A DNA stretch of 64,000 nt from Treponemataceae bacterium (GTDB lineage Bacteria > Spirochaetota > Spirochaetia > Treponematales > Rectinemataceae): contig CAXXVZ010000003.1 in assembly GCA_963678065.2 (NCBI GenBank), forward strand, positions 1,920,001 through 1,984,000, read 5' to 3'. Shown here one piece after another: positions 1 through 9,961 of the stretch. A program made the position numbers and the translations under genes. The notes under the pieces were generated by a model, which had not been told where the DNA came from, searched no databases, and saw nothing but the letters and a program-made list of their open reading frames with translations. Positions within the stretch are counted from its first letter, which is position 1, and the number at the start of each line of letters is the position of its first letter.

Positions 1-88
1 AAGCCTGGGCAGGCAGGGCGGAAATGCTCTGGGGCGAGGGCGCGGGGCAAAAGGAGGCGCATGAGGCATAGCGACATATTCGGAGGAA

Positions 89-418
89 TTCCGTTGTCAC
101 ATCCGAAAAGCTGCATCGGCAAAGGGCTCGGTCATAAACCATAAGGAGGGCATAATAATGAATAGCACAGTGGGTAAGTGGTTGGGCTGGATAGGAATTG
201 TGGTTGGCGCAGTCGGTTTTTTCTGGCTACATATCTGGATGGCAATCATCGCGGTCATCGCCGGCATCGTAGGCCTGTTCTCTCCTCAAAAACTCTTGAA
301 TGGGATCGCGGTGGCCGCTGGCGTAATAGCCTTGATAATCGGTCTCGTATAAACGTAGTGGTGCGAATTCGCATATGAAACCGGCCGAGCCCTTTGTCGA
401 TGCAGTTCCCCAACGGAA
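89..418 (+). repeat. Long-range inverted repeat enclosing the small membrane-protein gene (arms 109-133/383-407, outer arms 89-96/411-418)
   Basis: AGCTGCATCGGCAAAGGGCTCGGTC pairs with GGCCGAGCCCTTTGTCGATGCAGTT at 25/25 positions (3 G:U on the + strand); TTCCGTTG pairs with CAACGGAA. Confidence 0.85.
158..352 (+). CDS. Small hydrophobic membrane protein (64 aa)
   Basis: AAGGAGG SD upstream; Gly/Ile/Val/Ala-rich with 2-3 TM-like stretches. Confidence 0.85.
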   Translation: MNSTVGKWLGWIGIVVGAVGFFWLHIWMAIIAVIAGIVGLFSPQKLLNGIAVAAGVIALIIGLV

Positions 419-520
419 CAATAATCCCGTTTGCCACCCTCAGTGGCTGAACGGAACGGTGATTGGTGAATGAAAGAGAAAGCATATCGCCGCTGAACAT
501 ATTTCATTGCAAAACCAAGA

Positions 521-550
521 CGGCCGTATCCGGAAAACAGGATATGGCCG
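521..550. terminator. Hairpin between convergent genes, probable intrinsic terminator
   Basis: CGGCCGTATCC...GGATATGGCCG stem. Confidence 0.55.
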
Positions 551-577
551 CCCTTGAATGCGGGAAAAACTCAGGTA

Positions 578-976
578 TTACTTCGTTTCCGTCACGCTGA
601 CGGCTTCATTGCCGGCCGATGTAGTCTTGTAGGTGACTGCGACCTTGCCGCCCTTTGCGAGCGCGGCGAATTTCACGACAGTCCCTTTTGAGTTCTTGAT
701 CTGCGTGGTCGCGACGATCATGATCGTGTATTCCTTTTTGTCGGAGAGGACGACAATCTGTTCGGTGGTGTTTTTCGTCTTGTCGGCCTTTATGACTTTC
801 TGGATGACACCGCTGAGCTGGAGTTCAGTCGCGGCGGGCGTCGCGGTCATGGCGGCCGGAGCCACAGTCGTGATTGTGGCGGCCTCTTTTACGGTCGTGG
901 CCGTGCCGGCGGCAAATCCCGATGCGACGACGATCGCGAGCGCGATCAGTACTGCGATGCTCTTCTTCATGCTCAT
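578..976 (-). CDS. Secreted protein with Ala/Thr-rich linker and small beta (DUF5666/OB-like) domain
   Basis: SD CAGGAGG; signal peptide MSMKKSIAVLIALAIVVASGFAA; C-terminal 'SGVIQKV...YTIMIVATTQI...LAKGGKVAVTY' pattern. Confidence 0.75.
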   Translation of the reverse strand: MSMKKSIAVLIALAIVVASGFAAGTATTVKEAATITTVAPAAMTATPAATELQLSGVIQKVIKADKTKNTTEQIVVLSDKKEYTIMIVATTQIKNSKGTVVKFAALAKGGKVAVTYKTTSAGNEAVSVTETK

Positions 977-1093
977 CTTTCTTACCCTCCTGGGTTGGTG
1001 ATCTGTGACAAACATACAGGAGGGAACATTAGGGAAGAGACAGAACAGGATTAAAAAACTCCAATGAAGGCGGGGCGTGGCTCGTGCTCGCGA

Positions 1094-2593
1094 TCAATCG
1101 ACCGCAGCACCGGAGTCGGCCGCAGGGAAGCTCAGCGTGAATATGGCGCCGCCATCGTCGGCGTTCCGGGCCGTCGCATCTCCCGAGTGGAGCCGCATGA
1201 TCGATCGCGCCATGCTGAGGCCGATGCCAAAACCCTCCCCGACGGCCGTCGTGCCCCGGTAGAATCTGTCGAATATCTTCTCGCGCTCATCTTCCGGGAT
1301 GCCGGGACCATGATCGCGGACCTGAAGCCTCGCGGCGGCACCATCCTCTCCCGCCGCGATTTCGACCGTACCATTTTCCGGAGAATGATCGATCGCATTT
1401 TCGACGAGAGCCGCGAGGACCTGCGCCACCTTGTCGCGGTCGCATACCGTCCGGACTTCCTTCCCGGCGATGATCTCGACCCGCACATTTTTCGCCAGCG
1501 CCATCGCGCGGAAATCCTCCACGGCGGACTCGACGAAAGCGGAGAGGGAGAGTTCCTCCATCTTCAATTCCACCTGTCCGGCGTCGAAGCGGGCGAGGAC
1601 AAGCATCCTGTTGACGAGACGGGCCATGCGGTCGACTTCTTCGAGGTTGCTTTCGAGTGTCTGCTCATACTCCTCGCGGGACCGGACCCGTTTGAGAGTC
1701 GTTTCGAGCTCGCCCCTGAGCACGGCAAGAGGTGTCTTGAGCTGGTGCGACACGTCGTTGAAAAACCGGGCCTGGGTTTCGAACGAGGCCTCGACCCGAT
1801 CGAGCATGGAGTTGAAGGAAAACGCCAATTCGCGCAATTCCCTGCCAGACGCCGGTATATCGAGCCTCAGGCGGAGATCGTCCTCGCGCACACGGTGAAT
1901 GGCGTCGATCATCCGCTGGATCGGCAGGAGGGTCGATCGTGTCAGGTAATACACGATGCCGCTCGCGATGATGATCACAATGGGAACAAGGGAAAACAGC
2001 AGCAGCGACAGGTTGGAAAGGGATGAGTCGATCCGCCGGAGCGACGAAACTACTTGCACGATATACACGATCGATTCGCGATACCAGACGGGCTGGGTGA
2101 GGACGCGGTAGGACGCGATTGACTCGCCTTTGCCGGGTAACTTGACGGTCTCGAAGATCTTTTCTCCCCCGACGACCCGCTCCCAGGATTCCCGGGACAG
2201 CCTGATCCTCGCGTCTATCCGGGAAGACGCGGCTATGCTGCCGCCGTCGGGTCCGAATATCTGAACCGCCACGGACAGGAAGGGAGGCGTCTCTGCCTGG
2301 TCGTCTACCCACGTGCGCGCAATCCTGGCAAAGTCGTCGGCTTCGATCCGCTTTATCTGCGCTTCGCCGCCGGCCGCGGCCGCGCCCGCGGGCGATAATC
2401 CCTCCGTCTGCCAGTAAGTCTTGATCGATTCGATAATTCCGTCAGCGCGCAAACCGAGAAAGGCGTCGAGATCGTTGTAGAGACGGCGGCCAAAATATCC
2501 GTACAGGGCAAAGGCGAATACGAGGAAAGCGATCGACACGAGTATGAGGTAGAGGAGGGACAGCTTGAAGCGGATCGTCCAGTTTTTCATCAT
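1094..2593 (-). CDS. HAMP-domain sensor histidine kinase (CusS/heavy-metal-sensor-like)
   Basis: Two TMs, HAMP, H-box VSHQLKTPL, N-box ENAIDHS, G-boxes DHGPGI/GFGIGL. Confidence 0.93.
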   Translation of the reverse strand: MMKNWTIRFKLSLLYLILVSIAFLVFAFALYGYFGRRLYNDLDAFLGLRADGIIESIKTYWQTEGLSPAGAAAAGGEAQIKRIEADDFARIARTWVDDQAETPPFLSVAVQIFGPDGGSIAASSRIDARIRLSRESWERVVGGEKIFETVKLPGKGESIASYRVLTQPVWYRESIVYIVQVVSSLRRIDSSLSNLSLLLFSLVPIVIIIASGIVYYLTRSTLLPIQRMIDAIHRVREDDLRLRLDIPASGRELRELAFSFNSMLDRVEASFETQARFFNDVSHQLKTPLAVLRGELETTLKRVRSREEYEQTLESNLEEVDRMARLVNRMLVLARFDAGQVELKMEELSLSAFVESAVEDFRAMALAKNVRVEIIAGKEVRTVCDRDKVAQVLAALVENAIDHSPENGTVEIAAGEDGAAARLQVRDHGPGIPEDEREKIFDRFYRGTTAVGEGFGIGLSMARSIMRLHSGDATARNADDGGAIFTLSFPAADSGAAVD

Positions 2594-2603
2594 GGGATTT
2601 TCA

Positions 2604-3281
2604 TCATGGGATCGACTCGGAGAGACAGTAGCCCCGGCCCCTGACCGTGTGGATCAGGCGGAGAGTGAAACCGGCATCGATCTTGTCCCGGAGATAGCTT
2701 ATGTACACGTCGATGGTGTTGGTGAACGTATCGAAATCGATGCCCCAGACATGCTCGGCGATCATGGTCCGGGTGACGATGCCGCCCTTGTTCAGCATGA
2801 GGTATTCGAGGAGGGCGTATTCCCGGTTCGACAACCTGATCTCGGTTCCGCCCCGATCCACACGCCGGCGCTTCTGGTCGAGCGACAGATCCGCGACGGT
2901 GAGGATCGGGCCATTCCCTCCATTCGCCCTTCGCAGCAAGACACGGATCCGGGCGAGCAGCTCGTCGAAGGCGAAAGGTTTGGTGAGGTAATCGTCGGCG
3001 CCCGAATCGAGACCGGCGACCTTGTCGGCGACCGTATCCCTGGCAGTCAGCATCAGCACGGGGGTCGCGATCCCGCCGGCTCGCAATTCCCGTATGACGG
3101 CAAAGCCGTCCAGCCCCGGCAGCACGAGGTCGAGTAGAATGAGATCGAAGGTTTCCGAGAGAGCGAGAGCGAGGCCGTCATCTCCGCGCCGCGAGATGAC
3201 GGTTTCATAGGACTCCTCGCGCAAGCCGCGTGCGATGAACTCGGCGATTTTCGCCTCGTCTTCCACGGTCAGAACGCGCAT
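2604..3281 (-). CDS. OmpR-family response regulator (CusR-like)
   Basis: Receiver (VEDE, LLDLVLP, KPF) plus winged helix ending HTVRGRGY. Confidence 0.95.
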   Translation of the reverse strand: MRVLTVEDEAKIAEFIARGLREESYETVISRRGDDGLALALSETFDLILLDLVLPGLDGFAVIRELRAGGIATPVLMLTARDTVADKVAGLDSGADDYLTKPFAFDELLARIRVLLRRANGGNGPILTVADLSLDQKRRRVDRGGTEIRLSNREYALLEYLMLNKGGIVTRTMIAEHVWGIDFDTFTNTIDVYISYLRDKIDAGFTLRLIHTVRGRGYCLSESIP

Positions 3282-3287
3282 GAGATG

Positions 3288-3316
3288 ATCGTATCGGTAC
3301 GGGTGGGCAATGACAA
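3288..3316 (-). promoter_or_regulatory. sigma70-type promoter of the RR, probably leaderless
   Basis: TTGTCA-17-TACGAT, then 6 nt to ATG 3281; no SD. Confidence 0.55.
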
Positions 3317-3327
3317 TACGGGAGGGT

Positions 3328-3400
3328 CAACGCGTCGGGGCGCGGCGCTGATCGGGACAGAGGGCGCGACCTGTCGACAGATTTTCATTTTTTCCTATAT
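3328..3400 (+). repeat. Direct repeat copy 1 (left boundary of 8.46-kb cassette)
   Basis: 3349-3400 identical to 11810-11861 (52 bp); CAACGCGTCGGGG 3328-3340 = 11749-11761; contains palindrome CTGTCGACAG. Confidence 0.95.
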
Positions 3401-3443
3401 GATCCCTCAATTCGTTCTCCCGAAGTCAGGGGAAATAGTCAGA

Positions 3444-4919
3444 ATGTACAAAGTGATGCTGGTCGATGACGAACCATGGTCAGTCAAGGGGCTGAAAAAA
3501 ATCCTCCCCTGGCTTGAGTTGGGTTTCGAGGTGACAAGTCTCGAAACCGACTCGGTCGTCGCGTTGGAACATCTCATTGACTTCCCGCCCGACGTCGTTT
3601 TTACCGATATACGCATGCCCGAGATTTCGGGACTTGAGCTTTTGCAGCGCGCCCGGGAAAAAAATCCCGCTCTGCTCTTCGTCATAATAAGCGGGCACAA
3701 CGATTTCGAATACGCTCAGAAGGCTCTGCGCCTGGGAGCAATCGATTATGTGCTAAAACCCATCGATATCGACGAAGGGAAAAAACTGCTGGAACGGCTC
3801 CGCTCTCGTCTCGAAATGAACCGCAGGGAAGCCGACAGGGCGGTTTACGCTCTTCTTTTGGGCGAAGAACAGGAGGCAAGAACCTTCCTCGCCGAACGCG
3901 GTATCGACACTGATGCGGCTGGGTGGATGGTCATAGTCTTCGCCTCATCGAATGAAGAAATACCCGATGAGATGATCCTGCATATTTCGAAGATGCCGGA
4001 TTCGGTTGTGCTGCATCCTGAAACCGGGAAGGTCGTTTTATTGCTGCATGGCCTTATAAATGGATCGGAGATCGAAATGAACATTCGCTCTTGCGCTCTC
4101 CGGATTTCCGGCATTCATATCGGGCTGAGCAATCAGGGGCGCTCTGTCGCGGATATTCCCCATCTTCTCGTCCAGGCAGAACTGGCTTCGGGGGAATACT
4201 TTCTCGGAAGGATGGCAAGAGTTGTTCCTTTCTCGGCCGCTCCGAGTCAGGACCTCGAGAAACTCTTCATGGAAATCAGTTCAGCGCTGGTATCCTATAA
4301 TTATATCCGTGTGTCGCTCCTTATCGACCGGCTCCCGATCATCGTCCGGCGGGAGAAGCTCGGTGTCTACCATGTCGAACTTTTCTGGAATAGATTGTGC
4401 TCGCTCATGGAGGAATGGAAGATAGACACCGCCAAGGAAATCGCTTCCAGACACCTTGACGGAACGGCCATTGTCAAACGGTTCCGGGATATCGAGAATT
4501 TCTGCGCCTATATGAAGCGCCTGGTAGGCCGCGGCGTTACCGAATCACAACTACGAAATACATGCGCCGGTCGTGTCAATCCTCGATTCCTGGACCTCCT
4601 GGATTTCGTGAACGAAAACTATGCCAAGAAACTCAGCCTTGCGACGCTCGCCATGAAGTATCAGCTCAATAAAAGTTATTGCTGTGAATTGTTCAGCAAA
4701 TTTACCAACGGCACTTTCACCGATTATATTACGGAGTTGCGCATGAAGAAGGCCTGGCATCTTCTTCACTCCGGAGAATGCGACACTTCGGAGGTAGCGG
4801 AAATGGTCGGCTACGCCGATTACTTCTATTTCAGCAGAGTTTTCAAGCGCTATTTCCAGATGCCGCCGACTCATATGCGAACAAAGACGAAAAAAGCGAC
4901 CAGCGATGGGCAGGAATGA
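3444..4919 (+). CDS. YesN-like response regulator (receiver + AraC HTH)
   Basis: MYKVMLVDDE...DIRMP...KP receiver; C-terminal VAEMVGYADYFYFSRVFK AraC signature. Confidence 0.93.
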   Translation: MYKVMLVDDEPWSVKGLKKILPWLELGFEVTSLETDSVVALEHLIDFPPDVVFTDIRMPEISGLELLQRAREKNPALLFVIISGHNDFEYAQKALRLGAIDYVLKPIDIDEGKKLLERLRSRLEMNRREADRAVYALLLGEEQEARTFLAERGIDTDAAGWMVIVFASSNEEIPDEMILHISKMPDSVVLHPETGKVVLLLHGLINGSEIEMNIRSCALRISGIHIGLSNQGRSVADIPHLLVQAELASGEYFLGRMARVVPFSAAPSQDLEKLFMEISSALVSYNYIRVSLLIDRLPIIVRREKLGVYHVELFWNRLCSLMEEWKIDTAKEIASRHLDGTAIVKRFRDIENFCAYMKRLVGRGVTESQLRNTCAGRVNPRFLDLLDFVNENYAKKLSLATLAMKYQLNKSYCCELFSKFTNGTFTDYITELRMKKAWHLLHSGECDTSEVAEMVGYADYFYFSRVFKRYFQMPPTHMRTKTKKATSDGQE

Positions 4920-4940
4920 AATGGTGATGGCTTCCGTCCG

Positions 4941-6287
4941 TCACGATCGCGGGGCTTCGTCCTGGTTATACGAAACACGGCTTGCCGGTTTCAAACGTAT
5001 ATTCGCCTCCTCCATCCCCTGTCTCACGGCATCCAGATGTTCCATATGCGACCCATCATAATGCCCCAAGGAAAAGCCATCGACTCCTGTTTCACTCAGG
5101 ATCTTGATGCACCGTCGCAGAATCTCCGGTGTTGCGTTCGGACGTACGGCGAACGCCGCGAGAAGGTCCTTGTCAAAACCTATTCCCCTGCGAATCTTCA
5201 GGAGCGTGTTGCGCTTATATTTAAAATCGTCCTTTGCTCCGGTCTGCTCTGTGTAATCCGAATCACGAACTGAATCCACGTACGACCGTATCGCCCGATA
5301 GTCCAATCCTGCGAGCTCCGGATAGCGAATATAGTTATTGTAGCGGAATTCGACCTTTGGATTTGCTTCTTTGATGCTCTCGTAAATGGTTTTAAAAAGT
5401 TGAGTGATCGACTTCGCCCTGAACTCAAGAAACTGGAAAAGCGATGGGTTCTCAAGCAGGAGTCCGGTCTCCATCAGGTTGCTTCCCATGAGAAGGTGAT
5501 TATCCATCGCTGCGTCGATATTGAAGTGAGACGTTGCGTTGGCCTCGTACTCCAACGCTTTCAAGTCGGTGACGATCTTATCCCAATCATACCCCATCGA
5601 GAGAGCCTTTTTCCTGCAGTGTTCACAAAAACAACCGCCGCGCGTGACACCATAGAGATTCGCAAGTCTGTTTTCCGGATCATTCGTTTTCATCCAGGTA
5701 TCAAAGAACCAGGGAGCCTGAACCGGACTGCCTTCATTGAACAGCATCATACAGGTCTGTATGAAATCTATATCGTGATTCTTGACCGTGTCGTAGAAGA
5801 TGGCCCGCATATATTCGACAACCATCTCGTTGTTGCAGCAGAAAAACTTTTCGAGAATATCCCCATGAATGTTCTTCTGCAGTACTTCCGGGAATTGCCG
5901 CGCTGCGATACTCGTGTCGAAAAAGCTATGTGATATTTCCGCGCCCGTCTTCAGATTGTTTTTACGGGCATTCACGGTCAGCACATCAAGCCAATCTTTA
6001 TCCTTGAGAAATTCCCTCTCGGTGTACATTGGCTTGAGCGGAGTATTCTTGAAATTTCTCTCATCCATTTTGTAATAAATACGGCTGTTTTCAGGAATAT
6101 AGAATTTTCTCTTTTCATTGTGAGTATAGAACAGGCTCGTGAGCGGCCGCTTCTCGTGATGCATGATGCCCACAAGATAAACGCTGCTGACACCACTGCG
6201 TTGCACCAAATTTTCCGTGCATCTCTCGATGCCCTCGTCAGCGATATCCCACGGGTAGAGGCTCGCCGCGATCTCTTTGATTATCAT
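4941..6287 (-). CDS. Uncharacterised TIM-barrel glycoside-hydrolase-like protein
   Basis: 448-aa ORF at the end of a carbohydrate ABC operon; SLYPWD start motif and GCFCEHC Cys cluster typical of GH-like TIM barrels. Confidence 0.6.
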   Translation of the reverse strand: MIIKEIAASLYPWDIADEGIERCTENLVQRSGVSSVYLVGIMHHEKRPLTSLFYTHNEKRKFYIPENSRIYYKMDERNFKNTPLKPMYTEREFLKDKDWLDVLTVNARKNNLKTGAEISHSFFDTSIAARQFPEVLQKNIHGDILEKFFCCNNEMVVEYMRAIFYDTVKNHDIDFIQTCMMLFNEGSPVQAPWFFDTWMKTNDPENRLANLYGVTRGGCFCEHCRKKALSMGYDWDKIVTDLKALEYEANATSHFNIDAAMDNHLLMGSNLMETGLLLENPSLFQFLEFRAKSITQLFKTIYESIKEANPKVEFRYNNYIRYPELAGLDYRAIRSYVDSVRDSDYTEQTGAKDDFKYKRNTLLKIRRGIGFDKDLLAAFAVRPNATPEILRRCIKILSETGVDGFSLGHYDGSHMEHLDAVRQGMEEANIRLKPASRVSYNQDEAPRS

Positions 6288-6313
6288 AACGATGGACTCC
6301 GTCTGTGAAACAG

Positions 6314-6343
6314 GGCCGACGGAAATGATATATTCCGTCGGCC
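6314..6343 (-). other. Intercistronic hairpin after SBP gene (mRNA stabiliser or attenuator)
   Basis: GGCCGACGGAA...TTCCGTCGGCC perfect 11-bp stem. Confidence 0.6.
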
Positions 6344-6350
6344 TATTCTT

Positions 6351-7841
6351 TTACTTTTTTCCGTAGATTTGCTTGTAACTCTTGGCGAATTCGCCTAAAG
6401 ATACCTTGACTTCCGGGTTGCGAAGTAACTCCTGCTGATAGGCTCTGAACTGATTCATCGTGATTTTGCCAGTCACAGCGTCGGTCTCTTTCGCGATGAA
6501 CTCGTCGCCTGTCTTGGACCAGAACGACAACCACGCATCTGATTGTAGGGCATTGAACATGTCGGCCCTACTATTCTTGTTATACAAAACCTTCATTTCT
6601 TCGCGTGTACTCATATTGTAGGATACAGACGCCAGAGGGCTATCGACCTTGGCGAACTCCTGGGTCGCGAAGATGAAAGGTGCGTTGAATGAGGAGGTTA
6701 CTTCCTGCTTGCCTTTTTCGGTAAGAGAAGGGAATCCATCCTTCATTGTCCAATGAATCCCTTCTATGCCGAAGTTAACGAAGTTGTAACTGTCGACTGA
6801 AGCCGTAGCATCGAAAAACTTCAAAATGGCCGCCATCTTTTCGTCCGAAACCTTCGAGGAAATGACCATGCCTCCGAAATATCCCAAGTCGTAATAGTGG
6901 GCGAATCCCTTGGGGCCATCCAGGTAGGGAAGCAGCACTACGCGCGCCTTCGGATCGATCTTTTTAAGCTCCTGCTCAATGCGATACTTGTGCCAGGAAT
7001 TTTTTACCAAAGTCGCGCCCTGACCGCTCAAGAAAATAACTTCCTGCTGGGAACCTTTGATGAGGGCATACTCTTTGGCGATAAGCCCCTTCGCAAAAGA
7101 ATCGCGCAGGTACTCGACATACTGTGCATAATTATCGGTCAGGTACTTATGGATGAGACCGCCATCTTTCGTGTAAACTGGATCTCTGGTACCGAAGGCC
7201 GCTGAAAAATAGCCTTCGGAGGGGCTCATGGAAGGGATCATGCCGATGGTGTCTATCTTGCCGTTGCCGTCGAGATCCCGTTCGCAAACGAGTTTGAGGT
7301 AATTCGTGTACTCTTCCATGGTAGTCGGAGTCTTGAGCCCGAGTCTGTCGAGCCAATCGCCGCGGATAAATACAGCCAAGTCGAGATTGCCGCGAGTTCT
7401 CGGAATGAGATAATTATTGCCGTCTATCATGCTGTAACGCCACGCCATGGAATTGAGCTTTCCGAGATTCGGGTATTTCGAGAAGTCGCCAAGCTCGTCC
7501 GTAAGGTCTTTGAACGCTCCGGCCTTAATCGCCTTCAGAACGCTTGGCCGGGTCATCGACTGCACCTGCATGATATCGGGAAGATCTCCGGATGCAAGAA
7601 TGATATCGATCTTTTCGTTATACATATCCGCGGGTACCCAATCGACCGAGTAATCGACATTGTACATTTTTTCCATCTGCTTCCAGAAATCGCTGTTTTT
7701 GGGCAGAGCGTATTTATACTGGTTGGCAATGCCGCGAATCTTCACGGGGCTGCTTCCCGAATTGCCGACGGCCATGACGAACGCTGGCAGAAGCAGCATA
7801 ACTACAGAAGCCCAAATCGACGATCGAACCATTCTTTTCAT
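6351..7841 (-). CDS. Carbohydrate ABC transporter substrate-binding protein (LplA-like)
   Basis: Signal peptide; ILASGDLPDI, IRGDWLDRLGLKTPTT, DLDGNGKIDT motifs. Confidence 0.92.
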   Translation of the reverse strand: MKRMVRSSIWASVVMLLLPAFVMAVGNSGSSPVKIRGIANQYKYALPKNSDFWKQMEKMYNVDYSVDWVPADMYNEKIDIILASGDLPDIMQVQSMTRPSVLKAIKAGAFKDLTDELGDFSKYPNLGKLNSMAWRYSMIDGNNYLIPRTRGNLDLAVFIRGDWLDRLGLKTPTTMEEYTNYLKLVCERDLDGNGKIDTIGMIPSMSPSEGYFSAAFGTRDPVYTKDGGLIHKYLTDNYAQYVEYLRDSFAKGLIAKEYALIKGSQQEVIFLSGQGATLVKNSWHKYRIEQELKKIDPKARVVLLPYLDGPKGFAHYYDLGYFGGMVISSKVSDEKMAAILKFFDATASVDSYNFVNFGIEGIHWTMKDGFPSLTEKGKQEVTSSFNAPFIFATQEFAKVDSPLASVSYNMSTREEMKVLYNKNSRADMFNALQSDAWLSFWSKTGDEFIAKETDAVTGKITMNQFRAYQQELLRNPEVKVSLGEFAKSYKQIYGKK

Positions 7842-7876
7842 ACCCTTTCCTCCTTGGAAAAAATCATCATTTTAAC

Positions 7877-8755
7877 TCAGCCCTTGACTGAGCCAAGCAT
7901 CACACCTTTCATGAAATATCGTTGCAGGAACGGATACACGACCATGATCGGCAGCATGGCAAGGACGACGGTGGCCATCCTGATTGTTTCGGAAGGCAGA
8001 TCATCTTCCTGCAGGCCTACAGCCAAAGCATTGCCGGATCCTCCGATCGAACCATCGACGAGAAGAGATTTGACATAAACCTGCAGAGTTCTCATCCTGC
8101 TGTCGCTGAGATACATCATGGGCTTAATGTAGACGTTCCAGTGGCCGACCGCGAAGAAAAGGGCCAAAGTCGCGATCGCGGCCGTTGAGAGCGGAATAAT
8201 GACATAGAGAAATATTTTGATATCGGAGCATCCGTCAATCCTGGCGGAATCTTCGAGCTCGGCCGGAATACTGTCGAGGAAACTCCGCGCCACGATGAGG
8301 CTCCACGAGTTTGTCGCTACGGTAAGGATGATTGCCCAATACGTGTTCATGAGCCCGAGCTGCTTCACGAGGAGATAATTCGGGATAAGTCCCGCATCGA
8401 AGAGAAGACCGAAGATCACTATTCCCATTATGATTTTTCGATGCGGCAGGGCGCGTCTCGTCAGACCGTACGCCATCGTGAATGTTACCACTATGTTTAT
8501 GATCGTTCCGACGACAGTAATGTATATCGTACTTTTAAGAGCATCGAGAAAGGACGACGACGAGAGAATGTACCGATAGACGACAAAGGATATTTTTTTC
8601 GGGATGAGGGTAAGGGAAAGAGGGATATACGCCGAAGGATCAGTGAGCGAGACGCTGATTACATACAAAAGCGGAATGATTCCAATTACGGTGGAAAGCG
8701 TCACCACCGTATACGCGACCACATCGATGGGGGAAATCTTCTTTGACACTGTCAT
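7877..8755 (-). CDS. Carbohydrate ABC permease (LplC-like)
   Basis: EAA loop ELEDSARIDG; C-terminal YPFLQRYFMKGVMLGSVKG. Confidence 0.93.
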   Translation of the reverse strand: MTVSKKISPIDVVAYTVVTLSTVIGIIPLLYVISVSLTDPSAYIPLSLTLIPKKISFVVYRYILSSSSFLDALKSTIYITVVGTIINIVVTFTMAYGLTRRALPHRKIIMGIVIFGLLFDAGLIPNYLLVKQLGLMNTYWAIILTVATNSWSLIVARSFLDSIPAELEDSARIDGCSDIKIFLYVIIPLSTAAIATLALFFAVGHWNVYIKPMMYLSDSRMRTLQVYVKSLLVDGSIGGSGNALAVGLQEDDLPSETIRMATVVLAMLPIMVVYPFLQRYFMKGVMLGSVKG

Positions 8756-8756
8756 A

Positions 8757-9692
8757 TCAATAAATCCCTTCCTGACCAAGGCTTTTTATTATTCTGTTGG
8801 ACAGAACGACCATGATGAGGCCGACAATGCTTTTACAGATTCCCACGGCGACACCGATGCTGATATTGCCTTGGACAACGCCCTGAGTGTAGGCGTATGT
8901 GTCGAATATCTCCGAAACGGATTTTACATAAGGATTGCTCATCAGCAAAATCTGTTCAAAACTGACATCCATGATGCGACCCATGCGAAGGATGAACAGC
9001 ACGACGATAGTCGGAAAAAGCGAAGGCAGGGTTATCTTGAGCATTTGCTGCAGACGGGAAGCTCCGTCCATAATCGCGGCCTCATAGAGCGTCGGGTCGA
9101 TCTGCGAGATGGCGGCCAGAAAGATGATTGTGCCCCAACCGACTTCTTTCCAGATATTCTGAAGAAGCACGATCCACCAGAACAAGTGTGGATTCGAAAG
9201 GAACGACACAGCGTTGCCACCGGCATGAGTTATGATCTTATTGATCAGACCGATGTCGATGGATAATAAGAAGAAAGTAAGTCCGGTTATGACGACCCAC
9301 GACATGAAGTGGGGCATATACAGGAGCGTTTGATGAACTCGCCGCACTTTTTCGCTTTTGATCTCATTGAGCAAAAGCGCCAGAATAATCGGCGCCGGGA
9401 AAAAGAACACGATATTCATGAGGCTGATGGCTATCGTGTTCCTCAACATCGCGAAGAAGTATTTCCCCTGGAAGAATTCCATGAAATTCTTGAACCATAC
9501 GAATTTGCTTCCAAGCATGCCCTTATATGGATTGAAGTCTTGAAAAGCCAAAACCAAACCCCAAATAGGACCTATTTTGAAAATTAGAAAATAGACAAGA
9601 CCAGGAAGAATGAGAAAATATATCTGTCTATAATAAAAATATTTTCGCCACCTTGATTTCGATCCGATTACCGGTGTCAGTTGTGTCTGCAA
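8757..9692 (-). CDS. Carbohydrate ABC permease (LplB-like), TTG start
   Basis: LYEAAIMDGA EAA motif; PHFMSWV; SD GGGGAGG before TTG. Confidence 0.9.
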   Translation of the reverse strand: MQTQLTPVIGSKSRWRKYFYYRQIYFLILPGLVYFLIFKIGPIWGLVLAFQDFNPYKGMLGSKFVWFKNFMEFFQGKYFFAMLRNTIAISLMNIVFFFPAPIILALLLNEIKSEKVRRVHQTLLYMPHFMSWVVITGLTFFLLSIDIGLINKIITHAGGNAVSFLSNPHLFWWIVLLQNIWKEVGWGTIIFLAAISQIDPTLYEAAIMDGASRLQQMLKITLPSLFPTIVVLFILRMGRIMDVSFEQILLMSNPYVKSVSEIFDTYAYTQGVVQGNISIGVAVGICKSIVGLIMVVLSNRIIKSLGQEGIY

Positions 9693-9961
9693 ACCGTATC
9701 CTCCCCTTTCCCAAGTCACGATCTCTTGTAGGACGATTAACAATAGGTCCAGGATCACGGAATCGTACATGGACTGGGTTTGGAAAAAATGTGTGGGTTT
9801 TGGAAATGACTGTAAAACTGCCCCCGCGGCAAATCGCACTATCGCGTTTGAGGTCTCCTTGCCCTGGCAATTTGCAGAAAGAACTTTACATCGCCGGGGA
9901 AAAAAGCCATACTGAACAGAATCTGGCGTAAGAATGAGTCGGACCGGGAAGAAAACCTTTC

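Noticed and set aside
1064..3137. Long + strand ORFs (320 aa, 190 aa) opposite the TCS
   Set aside because: Antisense shadows of GC-rich genes; no motifs or SD.
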